This document shows, piece after piece, positions 25,605-38,811 of a DNA stretch of 53,386 nt (positions within the stretch are counted from its first letter, which is position 1; each line of letters begins with the position of its first letter). The stretch spans positions 3,267 through 56,652 of the forward strand of contig NMRA01000478.1 in the NCBI GenBank assembly GCA_002633005.1. The letters run 5' to 3'. Under the pieces are notes generated by a model. That model was not told the DNA's origin. It worked only from the letters and a program-made list of their open reading frames with translations, and made no database searches. The position numbers were made by a program, and so were the translations under genes. The DNA comes from Phoronis australis (taxonomy: Eukaryota > Animalia > Phoronida).

Positions 25605-26994
25605 CTGTAGCAGAGGGTGGTATTTGATTTCAACATCAAAAATTTTCAGTGTAAACCATCAGTCCCACTTACAAACTTTGAAGTATCTGTACTGGGACAG
25701 TTTCTACCATAGTATCACACATGTAAGGCCATGTTGTTTGGGCACATATTTGAGTGTGGCTTTATGTTTGAATATAAGGGCATAGTTTGGCAGTTTTAAC
25801 TAACCAGATATGCAGTTTGTTAGTTTTGGCAACTATCACATTCTTAAAATATACAGTATTTATTACCGTGGTCATAGATAAATGGCAGAAAACAAGAAAA
25901 AATAGGTCTTATACCAAAGGAAGCAGTGTGGACATGTATTCAAATATAACCTTTCTGAACACGGGGTCATGGTCTTATTAAGTCCACAACCTTGTGTTGA
26001 GAAATGTTGCATTTTCAATAATATTGTGGGCTCATATTCGGTATTTTATAGTATGCCATGACTCAATCATGTTTATTTCCATACCACATAACTTAGGGGC
26101 CTAAATAAAAAATAGTTCACCCTTACCCGATCAACCCACTGAAAACCTGTCAACTCAGAAAATTTCAATGAAAAAATTCCTCCGACTGCTTATTTCATTT
26201 ATTTCTGTACAGTGCTGTAATCAATTTCACACTTGATTGATGACTCAGACCACGAATAAGTCACTACTGGCAACTTGGTTGTTTCGTAACGAAAAAAGGA
26301 CAAAAATCCTTCAACAAAATCTCAAACTTAAGTTGTTAATTTTTAAAGAAGGCGTGGCTCATTGGTAGAGAAATAGTAGCAAAATTGATATATGAAGTTA
26401 CAAAATTTTTTTGCCTACCTATCTACCAAGATGTTTAACAAAGGTATTTTAAAGACTGGCCTAGAGAACCTGATTTTCCATATTAACAGAAAATGGGCAA
26501 GAAACGTGACAAGAAACACAACTTACAACGTTTGCTTAATGTTGCAATAATACGTTCCTCATATATTCTGCTGAGTGCACAAAGTAATTGGGCAAATTCC
26601 CAAACCCCGAGGCAGCAATTGAATTTTGAAGTAAGTCAAGTGTCATCATACAAATCTTGCGATATCAAGTGGCTGTTCATTCTTTCTGAGGGTGGTGCTG
26701 ACCTTTTTGTGGTTTTAAGAAACAACAAATAAACATGGCATCAAGCACAAAGTATTGGTAACACAGAGTTGTTGCGTGATTAAGCAAAAAAATCAGGTCA
26801 TTTTAAATTTCATATTTATAACTTTGAAACGGTAAAACTGAATTTCATAATATACAGAATTTTATGTTCACTAAAACAGATTTCTTGGTTTTTGAAAACC
26901 AACAACAACCATGGTTTCTGCATATCTTACAGTTTTAATACCCACTCCCAAAGATTGTCATTCTTGACAAAACGAAATGACTTAAGATGCTCAC

Positions 26995-27162
26995 CATTTT
27001 TATTAGCACCGTTGTGGTGTTGTTTAGGGACTAATGCCATTAGAGCTTCGTCCTGCACCTTGTAATGATCTAGCGTGTTCAGCTTCTTCCAGCTGTCCTC
27101 CACTACTGTGGTCAAGTCGTCATCGGCCAGAGTAAGATGGCCGCCGCGACCCTGCCTCCACT
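26995..27162 (-). CDS. PlexB: Plexin exon 23 (RBD), copy B
   Basis: ttgcag|(E)WRQGRGGHLTLADDD...WKKLNTLDHYKV...KN|gtgagc; 168 nt; same peptide as 22171-22338. Confidence 0.88.
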
Positions 27163-27451
27163 CTGCAACATAGATGGCGACACATGCATGCACAAAACAA
27201 TGGTAGTGTGTTTTCAACAGTACATGTTTTATTGTGAATCATCAAAAGTTCAGTTTCATGAATTTACTTTTCATTCCTTGCTTATCCAATTTACATTTTA
27301 GCCCCCCCCCCTCCCCGCGCAAATAGCTATTACATTGTTACAATATAAATTTGCCAATCAATCTTGATTGCTTACAATGGTATTCAGCTGTCACAAGGTG
27401 GAGTTACCAGACAACTCAGGAAGTTGTTTAACTTAGGTTACAGTTCACTAC

Positions 27452-27756
27452 AACAAGTGTCGTCTATGCTTAAGACCCAACTGATACGGTATAAAGTCTC
27501 CAATCCCAGACTAAAACAACTCCCAAAATGGATCTTCTAAAGGTCCATGTATGGGAAATCTTCACTTGTTTAGTAAACAATAAATATTCTTATTTTAACC
27601 TAATAACAAGTGTCGTCTATGCTTAAGACCCAACTGATACGGTATAAAGTCTCCAATCCCAGACTAAAGCAACTCCCAAAATGAATCTTCTCAAGGTCCA
27701 TGTATGGGAAATCTTCACTTATTTAGTAAACAAAAATATTCTTATTTTAACCTAAT
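27452..27756. repeat. Two-copy tandem repeat, period about 153 bp
   Basis: aacaagtgtcgtctatgcttaagaccc...ttttaacctaat occurs twice; single copy in block A (about 22629-22773). Confidence 0.9.
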
Positions 27757-29282
27757 TTCTCTACAAAAGTAAAGATAATTATTTTAATTTTTTACAAGCA
27801 TGATTTGTACTATGAACATATCATAAAATAATTTATGGGAAACTTTACATTATTTCCAGAAAAGCACCGATTCTGTCTGTAGAAAACAGAAAATGACAAC
27901 TTGGCAACTATTTTTGGGCGAAATCAGTGCAGAATTACCGTTATTTCTCAAAACAGTTTCTTATGGTTGCTATGGAAATTAAAGATTGAGTGCTACTTAT
28001 CCTTCATGAATACAATTTCACCTTTTAACTAATTAGCTCCCTGAACTGGCATGATTTTACCCGGTGTCAAGAATATTTTGCAAATACTTTAAACTGGATA
28101 ACTGTTGTTTGAAATCACTGATAAGGATTTTAAAAATCACACTTTAAACCTCCTCTAGACACCAAAAATTAAGTGATTCACAAAATAGCCTATTTTGTCA
28201 AATCTCACTACACTTTAATTAAAATGACTTCTTTCCAAACTGAAATCTGAAAAACACAGTCAGGGCATTGATATGCCCCCATTGTGTGCATTACAAATGA
28301 CAACGGAGTCCGGTGCTATTTTTTTTAAACATTATGCATTGGAGTCTAAACACTTTTCAATAAATTTTATAATTGATTCTTTGTGGAGCACTCATCCTGT
28401 CAACTTCTGAAATGATTCTTAAAATGAAATACAGAAAAAACTACGCCAAACACTGGAATTTGGTTCCTTGTTAAACATCATGTTTTTGGAACGCGAACGA
28501 TTGAAAAACCAACTTTGTTTTTCAATTGTCTGCATTGCAAAATTTGGACAGCGAACAGATGGAGGAAGTTTACACACAGAGTAATCTATCTTCGCATCTT
28601 TAATGACTTCGATGACAGTCATATAGCAGGTCAGCCCTAGAAAAGTCCCGGGTATTTTTTAACGAGTATTTTCACGATACATACTTTGCTACTCGGATAG
28701 AGAACGCTAGTTCATCTCTCACATCGGCAGATCACCTTTTTACAAATTCTTTGAACTTGAAACTCTGAAAGGGTGTAGGCTACCATAGAATAGTATATCT
28801 TCAAAACCCTTATGGGAATGTTGGATGGCAAAGTTTTGGTTCCCACTGCAGCATGCCTTTCCAGCACATTTCAATGCCAGACAAAGAAAACGGTAATGTC
28901 GTACTTACGGTTACATACGTGTCAGAACTCAATTTTGTGACCTGCAATTTGGGAGTATTTAATGCCACAGGTAAGAGCATCCTAAAAAATCAATTTTGGA
29001 GGGTAAAAATGAGAGGAAATTTCTGAGACTTGGAATTTATGAATGTGTGCTGAATTTTGAAATGCGACATGGGAGGGACTTGTGACCTGGGAGCAATTCA
29101 CGACCTGCTGATTTTCACAGCAAAGTTGAGTGCTGGTTTTTAAGATCAAATCTGCCAAATAATTTACGATCCAGCTGCGGACACTAGGTGGCGTTGAATG
29201 TAATATGCGCCTACATCCACGTCCGTGGGCGCATAAAGAAACAATGAACCAATAAATCCTGACAATTGAGTTCCCCTCTCAC

Positions 29283-29436
29283 CTAGTTCTGCCTCGTGTG
29301 GTGACGGACGCTGTGAGTACGCCGTGTTCTTGTAGATGGCGTCTAACATTTTTTCCTTCACCTGAGTGACAGAATCACAGTCGAGAACTTTTACTCCAGG
29401 AATGCGTTCTCCATTGTCTAAAACTACCTCTAGAGT
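29283..29436 (-). CDS. PlexB: Plexin exon 22 (RBD)
   Basis: ttctag|TLEVVL...VKVLDCDSVTQVKEKMLDAIYKNTAYSQRP...EL|gtgaga; 154 nt. Confidence 0.95.
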
Positions 29437-30840
29437 CTAGAAAAAGGAGAAATGACAGACATGATAGAGACAGTCAACCACACGCACACACATAGGCGGG
29501 AACATTGCGGACAAGAAACAGGATTATTTTTTAAACTCAAAATTCGACTCACGCTTCAACTGCTGATTTTCGCACCACGCGGGTACAAATGGTTGTTGCA
29601 GCTAACTCTCTTCAATTAGGAACAATGAATTGTTATTTTGATTACTTCTTAAGTACTACAAATGATCAAAATTGTATCCGGTGTTGGCAAACTTTTCTAA
29701 AAAATTTCTTTTGTTAAGAAACTGGAAAAAATGAAATTCCACTTTTCCACCAAAGTACCCTCAACTCAGTTGTTTCGAAATCGCCCGTTTTTAAATTTTG
29801 AGGTAAGCAGAGATTTTTGTAAGGACCCAATTTCACCACCCTCAATTTTTATGGTAAGTGCAGTGAAGTAAATTTTCCTAAAAAATCTATTAACGGGGTA
29901 CCATATAATGGAAGATGGTGTACACAATGATACAAGCATAAAGAACTCATAGTCACACATTCTGGCTATCAAACAAACTTTCTAAGGTCTAAATGTAATC
30001 AAGTGGGCAAATAATTAAGTAATTGTTTTAAAAGCAGCAGCATGGTGTTAATATCACGCTTAAGCCTAGTTTCACATTAGTTGTGCTGATGCTATGACAA
30101 ACTGAAAGCGCCAAGCTGTTGAAAAACAGAGGTTACCAGAGGAAAGTGTCTATACTGTTATCAACACATAAAACTGGTGCACAGTGCTATAATGGGTTAA
30201 TAAGTACTGTTTCATATTAAGTTATCCGCAATGAACAACTTAATGAAACCTAACAATGGCTTTACATAATTCACTTTTTCACTTTGTAGGTTTTTCCAGG
30301 TCATCAGACTATGGCATCTGATTGGTCAAAAAGCAGGAAGTCGTCATTAAGAACCAATCACATCTTTTAGCCATTTGACAGGTCAGAATTACAGATTCAG
30401 AAGTGAATCAAGTGCGGCCAATACATATCAGTCAACGATTAAACACAGAACAAAAATCTGGGCATGGAGTCTAATCTCAATCCAATCATGCTGTATGATT
30501 AGAGTACAAATTTGCAACTTTACTCGAGGGGTGACATGCAATTGGTCAATTTTCAAGTCTAGTTTCGAACTTAGAAATTAGAGTCCAGTTCCCGACATAG
30601 TAATTACCATTAAAATATTAAACAATATCAAATAATAAGACAAGAGCAGGAAATTAAAAAATTATAAAATTAAGTTCTAAAACAGGCATGATTTCAGCAA
30701 ATGTAGATGCTGTAATCAACAATTAATTATCACCAAGATAACAGGATGCACAATCAGCAATCATGGTACGGGCAAAAATAATTTACACACAGTCTTTTAT
30801 GTCCGAGACTGTGACAACGGTAACACGTGCCTTCACTTAC

Positions 30841-30987
30841 CAGAGTGTGAGGCTCAATTTTCTCACGCAACAACCTGTCCTCTGACAGGGCGTATCGAGC
30901 GTCACCAGTGACTGCATCCACAGGACCCTTCTCAACCTGATGTTTGATAGACTTGAACATGATGAACAGAGCTCGACCTGGAGACTC
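30841..30987 (-). CDS. PlexB: Plexin exon 21
   Basis: tggcag|ESPGRALF...[33 protein letters not shown]|gtaagt; 147 nt. Confidence 0.95.
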
Positions 30988-31660
30988 CTGCCAGAGACAA
31001 AACACACCCAATTAAATATCTGAATTGGTCCCATACTCCATTCAAAGACCGATCTACTGACAACACAGATTATTTTAATTTAGGAGTGTGCCCCCATCAT
31101 TGGCGTATAAAACGTTTCATTGACACATTGTGATAGCTCAACTCGGGGGGGGGGGCTAACAGGTGCATTAAAATGTGTTGGCAAGCACACACTGTTTTGT
31201 CTTGCAGCATTAATTGCATTTATTGCCTTCAGATTCTGAAACAATGATAATCAAGAACACCTGGTCAAAAGTTACCTAACTGTGACCAAACAACCAGCTC
31301 AGCGCCAATCAGCAGTCGCTTAACGCACTGGGGTAGCAGACAAAATCACTTGAGAAAGAAGGTCCCAAATATCAAAATTGAAAACGAACAAAAACAAATA
31401 ACAGACCAAATACATAATCTAAATTTCTCGCTAGATTTGAGGCTCCGTGGGTCAATTGACTCATCCCATAGCTTTCCAAAATGAGCCATGTATAAGTGGT
31501 GGCTTTTGGGTGTGTCAATAAGACATGTAATAGACATGCCCTATTTTTAGAGTTATTCCTTATAAAGCAGTGAGAAGTAATGCATAACGTTTCGTTAAAT
31601 GATAATTGAAATAAAATACCGATAAAATTGAATTCTTAGACAAAAAACAGCATACACCAC

Positions 31661-31981
31661 CTGAATATAGCTATACATGCAGATAGACAGCCAGTGTGTC
31701 AGTAATTTTTCAACGACAGATTCTGTGCGCCGCAGCATTAGCTTGGGATGTTTTTTCTCCATGTATTTGTCAATCAGTTCTCCCAGCAGTGTCCTCAGTA
31801 TCTCTGTGGCGTACTCCATTTTATCCAGCAAAGCAACCATTAGAAGAGAGGCTACGTTGGCCTTGTCCCTGACGACAAAAGATTTCTGTTCTTCCAGCGT
31901 CCGTATCAAAATCAGCAAGAAGTGCTTGTTGAGTATCAACTGTTCAAATTGGTCCATGCCAGCATACACACCTTCTTCATC
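31661..31981 (-). CDS. PlexB: Plexin exon 20 (GAP C1 segment with LRRTES)
   Basis: gcatag|[15 protein letters not shown]...NVASLL...[29 protein letters not shown]|gtggtg; 321 nt. Confidence 0.95.
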
Positions 31982-32583
31982 CTATGCATATAACGCAGCG
32001 TCAAATGAAATAACTCAGCACATGGCAGAAAACAACAGGTGAGATGACACACTTGTTAACAACAGGAATGATGGGGGGATTCCCAGTTGATCCAATCACA
32101 AAACACGGTGACAACAATTCCTATACTAAGAACTTTGCAGACAGTCTTTATGAGTCATCCACTTAATTTTCACTAAAAGTGGAATTGACGGTCATGACAG
32201 TTAATTGTATTTTGGCCGCATTTTGTCATGTCCTGAGATTGCTTCAGCGTCGGCCAAAACCCAGGTTTTATTCACATTAACTTTATAGTCAACCATCAGC
32301 TTACTCAATTAGTTTAAATGATCGATCTTTACCATTATGATGTTTCCATTTGTTGAATCCCGAAGGTACACCTGAATTTACTTTGGGTGAACGAGAAAAG
32401 TAAAACGTGCAATTTTCCAAGTATGTTCCCTGTGGCTAATATCAGTACATAGCACTGTAAAAAATTTCTAAGTAGAAGGTTAACGCCTAAATTACTCATT
32501 TCAGAGGCACCACATTTAGATCGGGGAAGTTCACCATCCCTGTCGAAAAAGCCAGCCTCAGATAACCAAACCCAATGACTCAC

Positions 32584-32726
32584 CTTCACGCATTGCCGTG
32601 TGGGATGGTCGGATTGACCAGGAAAGAGTACTTTGAATATGTATGAGTCATAATCCAAGAATGGAATGCCTGTCGCCACCAAGTCACTTGTCAAATCGCT
32701 CATATCTGTTTGGAGCTCAGCGAAGG
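32584..32726 (-). CDS. PlexB: Plexin exon 19 (cytoplasmic)
   Basis: ttacag|(A)[25 protein letters not shown]...LFPG...VK|gtgagt; 143 nt. Confidence 0.95.
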
Positions 32727-33574
32727 CTGTAAAATGAAGAGTTCACATTTTTGAAACAATGGCAAAATTATATTTTAAGAGACAGTCCAAAATTCACATC
32801 ACATGGATTCGGTGCACAAAATCTAAAATAAATTTTACTTGTGATCAAAAAGTGCGTTTCTTCATAAACTCTGCATTAACTTGAGTTCCACATTTGGAAT
32901 CTACTGGAAGGTAGTACATTTTCATGAGAACACCATGAGTGAATGAAATCCTCACCTCTGAGAATTTTATCTTTTGTTGGGAAAATTAATAAAATTACTT
33001 AATAGGTGAACAAATACTGAAACATAACCCATTATAATGTATGAGCCAACTCATAATACTTCCACACACATACACACTATACTAGAGGGGAGACAACCCA
33101 CCAAGTCCACATTGCCTTCATTCATTGGTCAGTATAATGAGCTTGGTGGCTCAGCAATCAATGAAAAGTCAACTTCCTGTTGATACTTATGGGCCACTTA
33201 AGACAAGACAACCACAAGCTGGGCAGTCTGCATCAAGTACACGATGACTGAGCTGCCAGTTCATAACAAGGTGTGACTAAAATTGAAAGCACTAGTCACT
33301 AGTTCACTTTAACCTTTTGGTCATGATCCAGTGGGATATCACCAGCTCAGTTCATAACTCTCCATTCACACTGGCATTGATAGACAAGCAAGGTGACCAG
33401 TATTGTATAGCTGTACAATAGATAATTACTCGGGATTCTCAAACAATTCTTATAACAGACAACTTGTCATTGCTTAATCTCTAGCTGGTACATAACTTTC
33501 ATGGTGGAGGGCAGCTCTAAGCTATGAGACACACACACCTCAGACAACAACAAAAACTGACAGTATATACTCAC

Positions 33575-33806
33575 CTAGCTTACACTCATTCCTCACATTA
33601 CTTTCCAGCGTGTCCAGTTGTATCTGCATCTTCTTGTACTCGCGCTGGGCCTTGCTCGATCTACGACACGACACGACGCAAATGGCAATGATGATGATGA
33701 CCAGTACGGCGACGCCCCCCGCGATAGACCCGATGACCCAAGGCTCAAACGCGTGGATATAGTAGCGGACACTGCCTACGTGAAACACGAGATTTCCCAC
33801 GGAGAC
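33575..33806 (-). CDS. PlexB: Plexin exon 18 (transmembrane helix + juxtamembrane segment)
   Basis: ttctag|VSVGNL...VIGSIAGGVAVLVIIIIAICVV SCRRSSKAQREYKKMQIQLDTLESNVRNECKL|gtgagt; 232 nt. Confidence 0.95.
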
Positions 33807-34348
33807 CTAGAAGCATGAATGATTTTGGTGCAAAGATAAAAACGTAACTTGGTTCTAAAATCTCCTCTTGTAGTTTTTACTACCACGCTGATAACATGGG
33901 CAAAAATGACAACCAGCTCTATCAACTGTGTTTTTCCAAGTCATTTTATACATTGATCAAGCAGTGGCTTCGTAAGCCAACACTAGCGAGTGTTATCTTA
34001 CTCATATTGCAGTTAATAACATGTCTCGAAGTCCCGGCACTCACAATGTCGTAGCAACAAGTCAGTCACTCGGCTAAGCTTTAAAAGTCCAGTAACTAAT
34101 GGGAATTTTTTAGTAAGATACAACCAACTCACAGCACTTGTATCGTCAATATTTAAAAGTTTGAGTTTAAGTCACAAAATCAAACACTGTTCTTCAACTA
34201 TGTTGATACTGCCACATCCCCCAGTGTGATGCTTTATGTACATCAGATTACCCGCGGAGTCCTCTCTCACGAACATAAATGATTATAAAACAAACAAATA
34301 AGGCAAGCATCATTGTGACAGAATATTATGTCAGACTGCAAAACTTAC

Positions 34349-34525
34349 TGTAACATTTGGTGGTACATCCTTGCTCAGCCGGCCATCTTTGCCGATTCCT
34401 TCAGGCTGCAGTTCTGGCACGATACAACCAAGCTCAGTTTTTGCCAGAGACGTGACCTTGCAGAGCTCATTACCTATCTTTACAATGACTTCTTCTTCAG
34501 TGCAGGCCAGTTCAAGATTCTCTCC
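34349..34525 (-). CDS. PlexB: Plexin exon 17 (last IPT)
   Basis: acatag|GENLELACTEEEVIVKIGNELCKVTSLAKTELGCIVPELQP...PNVT|gtaagt; 177 nt. Confidence 0.92.
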
Positions 34526-35231
34526 CTATGTATACAAAGAGGTCAATTTGTAACAAAACTGTCCCTATCCTCCTTAAGTGCCATCCACACACAAACTTTT
34601 CTCTAGAACAAGTTACTTGAATTGTTGAATTGTTGCTAGGTTTGGAGGCCGCACAGATGTAAATTAAACTTAAGTGCAACTTGCCCCAATTGTGACAACT
34701 TACTCCACCTTATCGAGGTAGGGTAACTTGTTCTAGGGTAACTTATGCCACTTCCAATGGCTGTGTGGCTGCAAACATGAGGTAATGCGGAAATAATTAC
34801 CAGCTGCAATAACATACAGATGGGTCTTCTTTTGTGCGCCATATTCGCATCAGCTGTTTATTGTCATGCTCAGAGCGACAACTTACGCCTTGCTCTAATT
34901 ATCTGATATGTGTGTGTGGATGCTCCACTTTAATAGGGGCACGTTGCACTAGCGCAAATTGTTCTTACAAATAGGTAAGACTGTGTGTGGGAGGGACTCA
35001 AGACACAGGGAATTGTGAATACATCAGTTGTAAATGGAGGGCCATCTTTTCAAAAGCAGCCTTACATTTACTAGACCATGTGCTTTAGGGTTTATATCAC
35101 GGTATTATTTGAAGGCCTTGCCTGAATCTTGCTAAATCTATACCATTAAGGGAGCATTTTTACCATGAAGGCTTGTACAAGGACGTTTATTGGTTGCACA
35201 ATGGGGATAAATATACACACTGATGATTTAC

Positions 35232-35507
35232 CTTGATAGTCAGCCGCTTGTCTTTCAGAATTTTTATCCCGTCCTTTTCTGTGAAATTGTGGTATAACGG
35301 ATTTGGGACATAAGTAATATCAGATGCTGAAATGTTAGGAAAGTTTTCCAAATTCCGTACAGCCATAACGTTGTCCATGAAGAAACCAAGAACCATTTCA
35401 TCAGCCAAACTGGTAGTGTCTCTTCTACGACGCCCCCTGTTAAGAAAACTGGTAGGTGCAGCTGGAGAAGGGCATGACATGACCATTTCATTGCGTACTT
35501 TGCACAT
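35232..35507 (-). CDS. PlexB: Plexin exon 16 (IPT; furin-type RGRRRR site)
   Basis: ttgtag|MCKVRNEMVMSCPSP...NRGRRRRD...GFFMDNV...YVPNP...LTIK|gtaaat; 276 nt. Confidence 0.93.
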
Positions 35508-36147
35508 CTACAAAATAATGGAGGTTAAAGGTAGGAATTGTGGTGAAAATCATTCTGTTAGGTACATAACGTGGCGCCCAAGTGAAATTTCGTTACGTCA
35601 AATTTCAGTACAAAAGCAACAAGATAATTAGACCCTTGCCAACATGGTATAACTACCACCAAATAACATTTGGCGACTTCTTGACCAATAGTAATAAGCA
35701 TTTCAAGAACAGGTATGTTACAATTTTAGCAATGTGGTGATGAAACTAGCCTTGTTCAGCCATGATATTGACTTCGACATATATATTATTTAAGTATTAA
35801 ATTATTTTATGGTTTGTCCTCATTATCATATGGTTTGGATTCTTGGGTCAGTGACCCTCTTTGTTCTACGATTATTGGTTTAATTGTACTACGTGATCTC
35901 CTTGTCTTGTCGCAACACTGGGCCATCGTCCATAATTCTCTCCAAGTTTCAGTCAAAGCCAGTCAATTCAAAGTTGTTAAATCCAGCTCTCAGGAGCAAC
36001 AACAGCAATGTGACAGTTTTTCCAATCCAACATTATTCACTTCCAATGCGATACACCTAGAAAGTGAAACCGTTGTTTCAATGGTCCAATTCATACCTTA
36101 ACATCATGTCAGAGCTCTTGCATAAAAAGTTGCCATTAGTGACTTAC

Positions 36148-36241
36148 TGTTACAGAGGTTTCGTTGCGGTATCGGACAAACATCTTGGGCTCCTGGATGG
36201 ATGTGAAGTATCTGCCTGTAACGGTGATCTCTCTCCCTCCT
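36148..36241 (-). CDS. PlexB: Plexin exon 15 (IPT)
   Basis: ttgcag|GGREITVTGRYFTSIQEPKMFVRYRNETSVT|gtaagt; 94 nt. Confidence 0.92.
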
Positions 36242-37558
36242 CTGCAAATCAACGTTCAGTTGCAAACACATAATACTGCACTAAAAACTGCTCAAGATAT
36301 TATAAATCTGCTTTCTGTCAGATGGATTTAGACCATTTATTACATAATATTGGTTCAGAAAAAAATTGAAATTATTAAGTAGCTTGAGATCATCGTTGCT
36401 ACATAAAATGACGTATTGTGGCATGATTCAGCCAAGTTCTTGAGAGCTCGAGCAATAACAAATTGGAAGTCATCCCCAATTATGTCTAATCAACTACACA
36501 CATCCAAGCTAACGATCATGTTCAGCTGAATGCCTACCGCTTGACATTTTTAAATATGCATTTTTTTATCATCCACGCTCAGCTTTGTTCCTAGTTCATA
36601 CAATTGAGACTTCCTTGTGCATACCACAGTGTTTATACCCAACACTTATAGCGTAATTCTTTTATCTCAAAGGCTACACAACATATCTAAGGTAGTTTTT
36701 TTAAAAAAAGTGGCTTGGCAACTTAGGAAAACACACCCCTTTTATGTCCTCAAAAGATTACAAATAAATTTCTAAGTGGTCATAGAGGGTTTCAGTTAAG
36801 ACATTATAATGTTTTTTCAGATGACCGCTGTCATCGTTGGATTGTAGCCCAAATCCTCTACACGTTAAACCTAGTTCTTATCTAGAGCGGCTTTGAGTCA
36901 CGGTGCGGGTCTAAATCAATTATTTTTGATCAGGTGGGTTTATCACAACTTTCCTTCAGAGGGATTACCAAGTTCACATGCCATCCATACAGAAGGCAGA
37001 GCAGTCTGATCCACCATATGAAAAAATTCACATGTGAACACACGTCAAACATCTGATCTGTTAAAATTCGCATCTGAATACAGTTAATCCCTAAGTTTAG
37101 CAATAAATCCAGAAGTATCACTTTAATTGGTAAATTTTGTCATTTTCCAACCTTTAGAGTGAATATTTACAGTTTTAGGATGGAGTCAAAGCACTCACAG
37201 AACCAGTTTGTGCACTGATCATTCGCATTTTTTTTCTTCACAAAAGCCTTGCCCAGAGTAATAAGCAACAACTCAACCATGAAGTTGAAGACAGGAATCT
37301 GTTTTATGAAAGACTTGAGGCATAAACTAGGTCTTATGCTTTCACTTCACAATTGTTTAAAGAAATAACTTGCAGAAATTATATCAGTATCTAACTAGCA
37401 GTTATGTGTATATACTTGGACACTTTGCACTTTTGCACAAAAGAAATTTAAATATTTTTCTGAAATAATAGAGGCGTGCATCAGAAAAAATGTCTGACTT
37501 GAGTTTGAAGCAGAGCGAAGCCTGCACATAAATTATCCCATTCCCAGGAGCTACTTAC

Positions 37559-37732
37559 GCGACAAAGGTCTCCACAGGATATATGCTGGAAATTGTTGGG
37601 TCTGGTGTGAAGTGGAATGTCATAGGGTGGTGACGAGCAGCGACGTGGCCAAACTCCATGTTGAGTCCACCAGTCACAACTCGAGGTGAGTCAGTCCCGT
37701 TCAATAAACAAATGGTTTTGTTGTCTGTACGT
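37559..37732 (-). CDS. PlexB: Plexin exon 14 (IPT)
   Basis: ttccag|RTDNKTIC...FHFTPDPTISSIYPVETFV(A)|gtaagt; 174 nt. Confidence 0.9.
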
Positions 37733-38072
37733 CTGGAAGAAGTGCACCATGGAAATAAATACCATAAGACATCTAAGTTCAAATCAGTCTCAGTCGGACA
37801 TAAAAGTTTTCGCTACATTAAAGTTAACTACTGGTTGCTGCATGACTTCCATTTATCCATACTCTTTCATTTTTGAGAATTTTTCAAGGATATAACTTTT
37901 TACCAACAAGTTGTATTCCCACAAAAACAAAGACATGTCATAGCTACTGTCGACTATTGCTGTCGAACAAATCAATGCGAGAACAATTTTTACCGAGGCA
38001 TAACTCATCACAACTCACAAAATAATTTCTGGAGGCAGAAGTCAGGAGTTTGTATATACTATATGTACTTAC

Positions 38073-38215
38073 TCCACAAGTTGACACCAACTATTCGACA
38101 CTGATATCTTGATGTCATTCCAGGGGTGTGTATCCAGACTAGAGCCTTTGATGGTGACACTTGTACCACCTGATTTCGGGGCCAGTTTGGGATAAACGCT
38201 TGATATTACAGGGTC
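38073..38215 (-). CDS. PlexB: Plexin exon 13 (IPT)
   Basis: cggcag|DPVISSVYPKLAPKSGGTSVTIKGSSLD...CQLV|gtaagt; 143 nt. Confidence 0.93.
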
Positions 38216-38811
38216 CTGCCGACAGAAATACCAGTCACTGAACATTCAATTAGCATTGTCCCAAAAGAACTATAACTCCATTAGGAGGCAGTATATGACA
38301 CAGAACATCCCCATCAAAACTTCATCAGTTCAAATTCGACCAATCCACATGGTTACATAATCATAGTCAGGCAGTGTGCTCGAGTGGAAAACAGTGTACA
38401 CAAATCTAAGAGTGTGAATAATGAAAAAAGTATCTGTGTGAAAACAGAAGAAAGGTGGCCAAGATCCAGGGTATTCTGCAGGCAAGCCTGAACGTATATT
38501 TGGAAAATGTCACTTTTGAGATCAGAACTTAATTTAAAAAAACAGAGCCGTTCGATATTGTCACTGTGGCTTAAAGAGGCAATGTACGGGTCTTTGTGAT
38601 CAATAACATCCCACAATAGGAACACTTGTGTCAATAACAAATAGTTTACCAAAGAAATGAGAAGGTTTGAAGTCTGTTTTTTTGTAAAACTTGTGAATGT
38701 TTTTAAGTAAAACAATTCAAAGTTTTTATCTAAATACACACTACGGGTGTAATGCCAGAAATTTTCGTTATATACGCCAATGCTAAGTACGACAAATGTC
38801 ATGAAACAAAC

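Larger units (their letters stand above)
19867..28962. repeat. About 4.1-4.3-kb direct repeat (A 19867-23978, B 24680-28962) around a single N at 24658
   Basis: Colinear sequence with scattered substitutions and indels; includes exons 23 and 24. Confidence 0.95.

Noticed and set aside
20634-27162. Dscam-like mutually exclusive exon system from the duplicated exons
   Set aside because: The copies encode identical peptides, the introns are duplicated with them and the junction is an N; an assembly artefact is more economical.
31677-35631. Plus-strand ORFs overlapping plexin exons (e.g. 31677-32042, 35332-35631)
   Set aside because: Antisense shadows of coding exons with no recognisable motifs.
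38353-38811. Hydrophobic extension of the 246-aa ORF
   Set aside because: Intron read-through after the FEYK|gt donor; AT-rich and not plexin-like.
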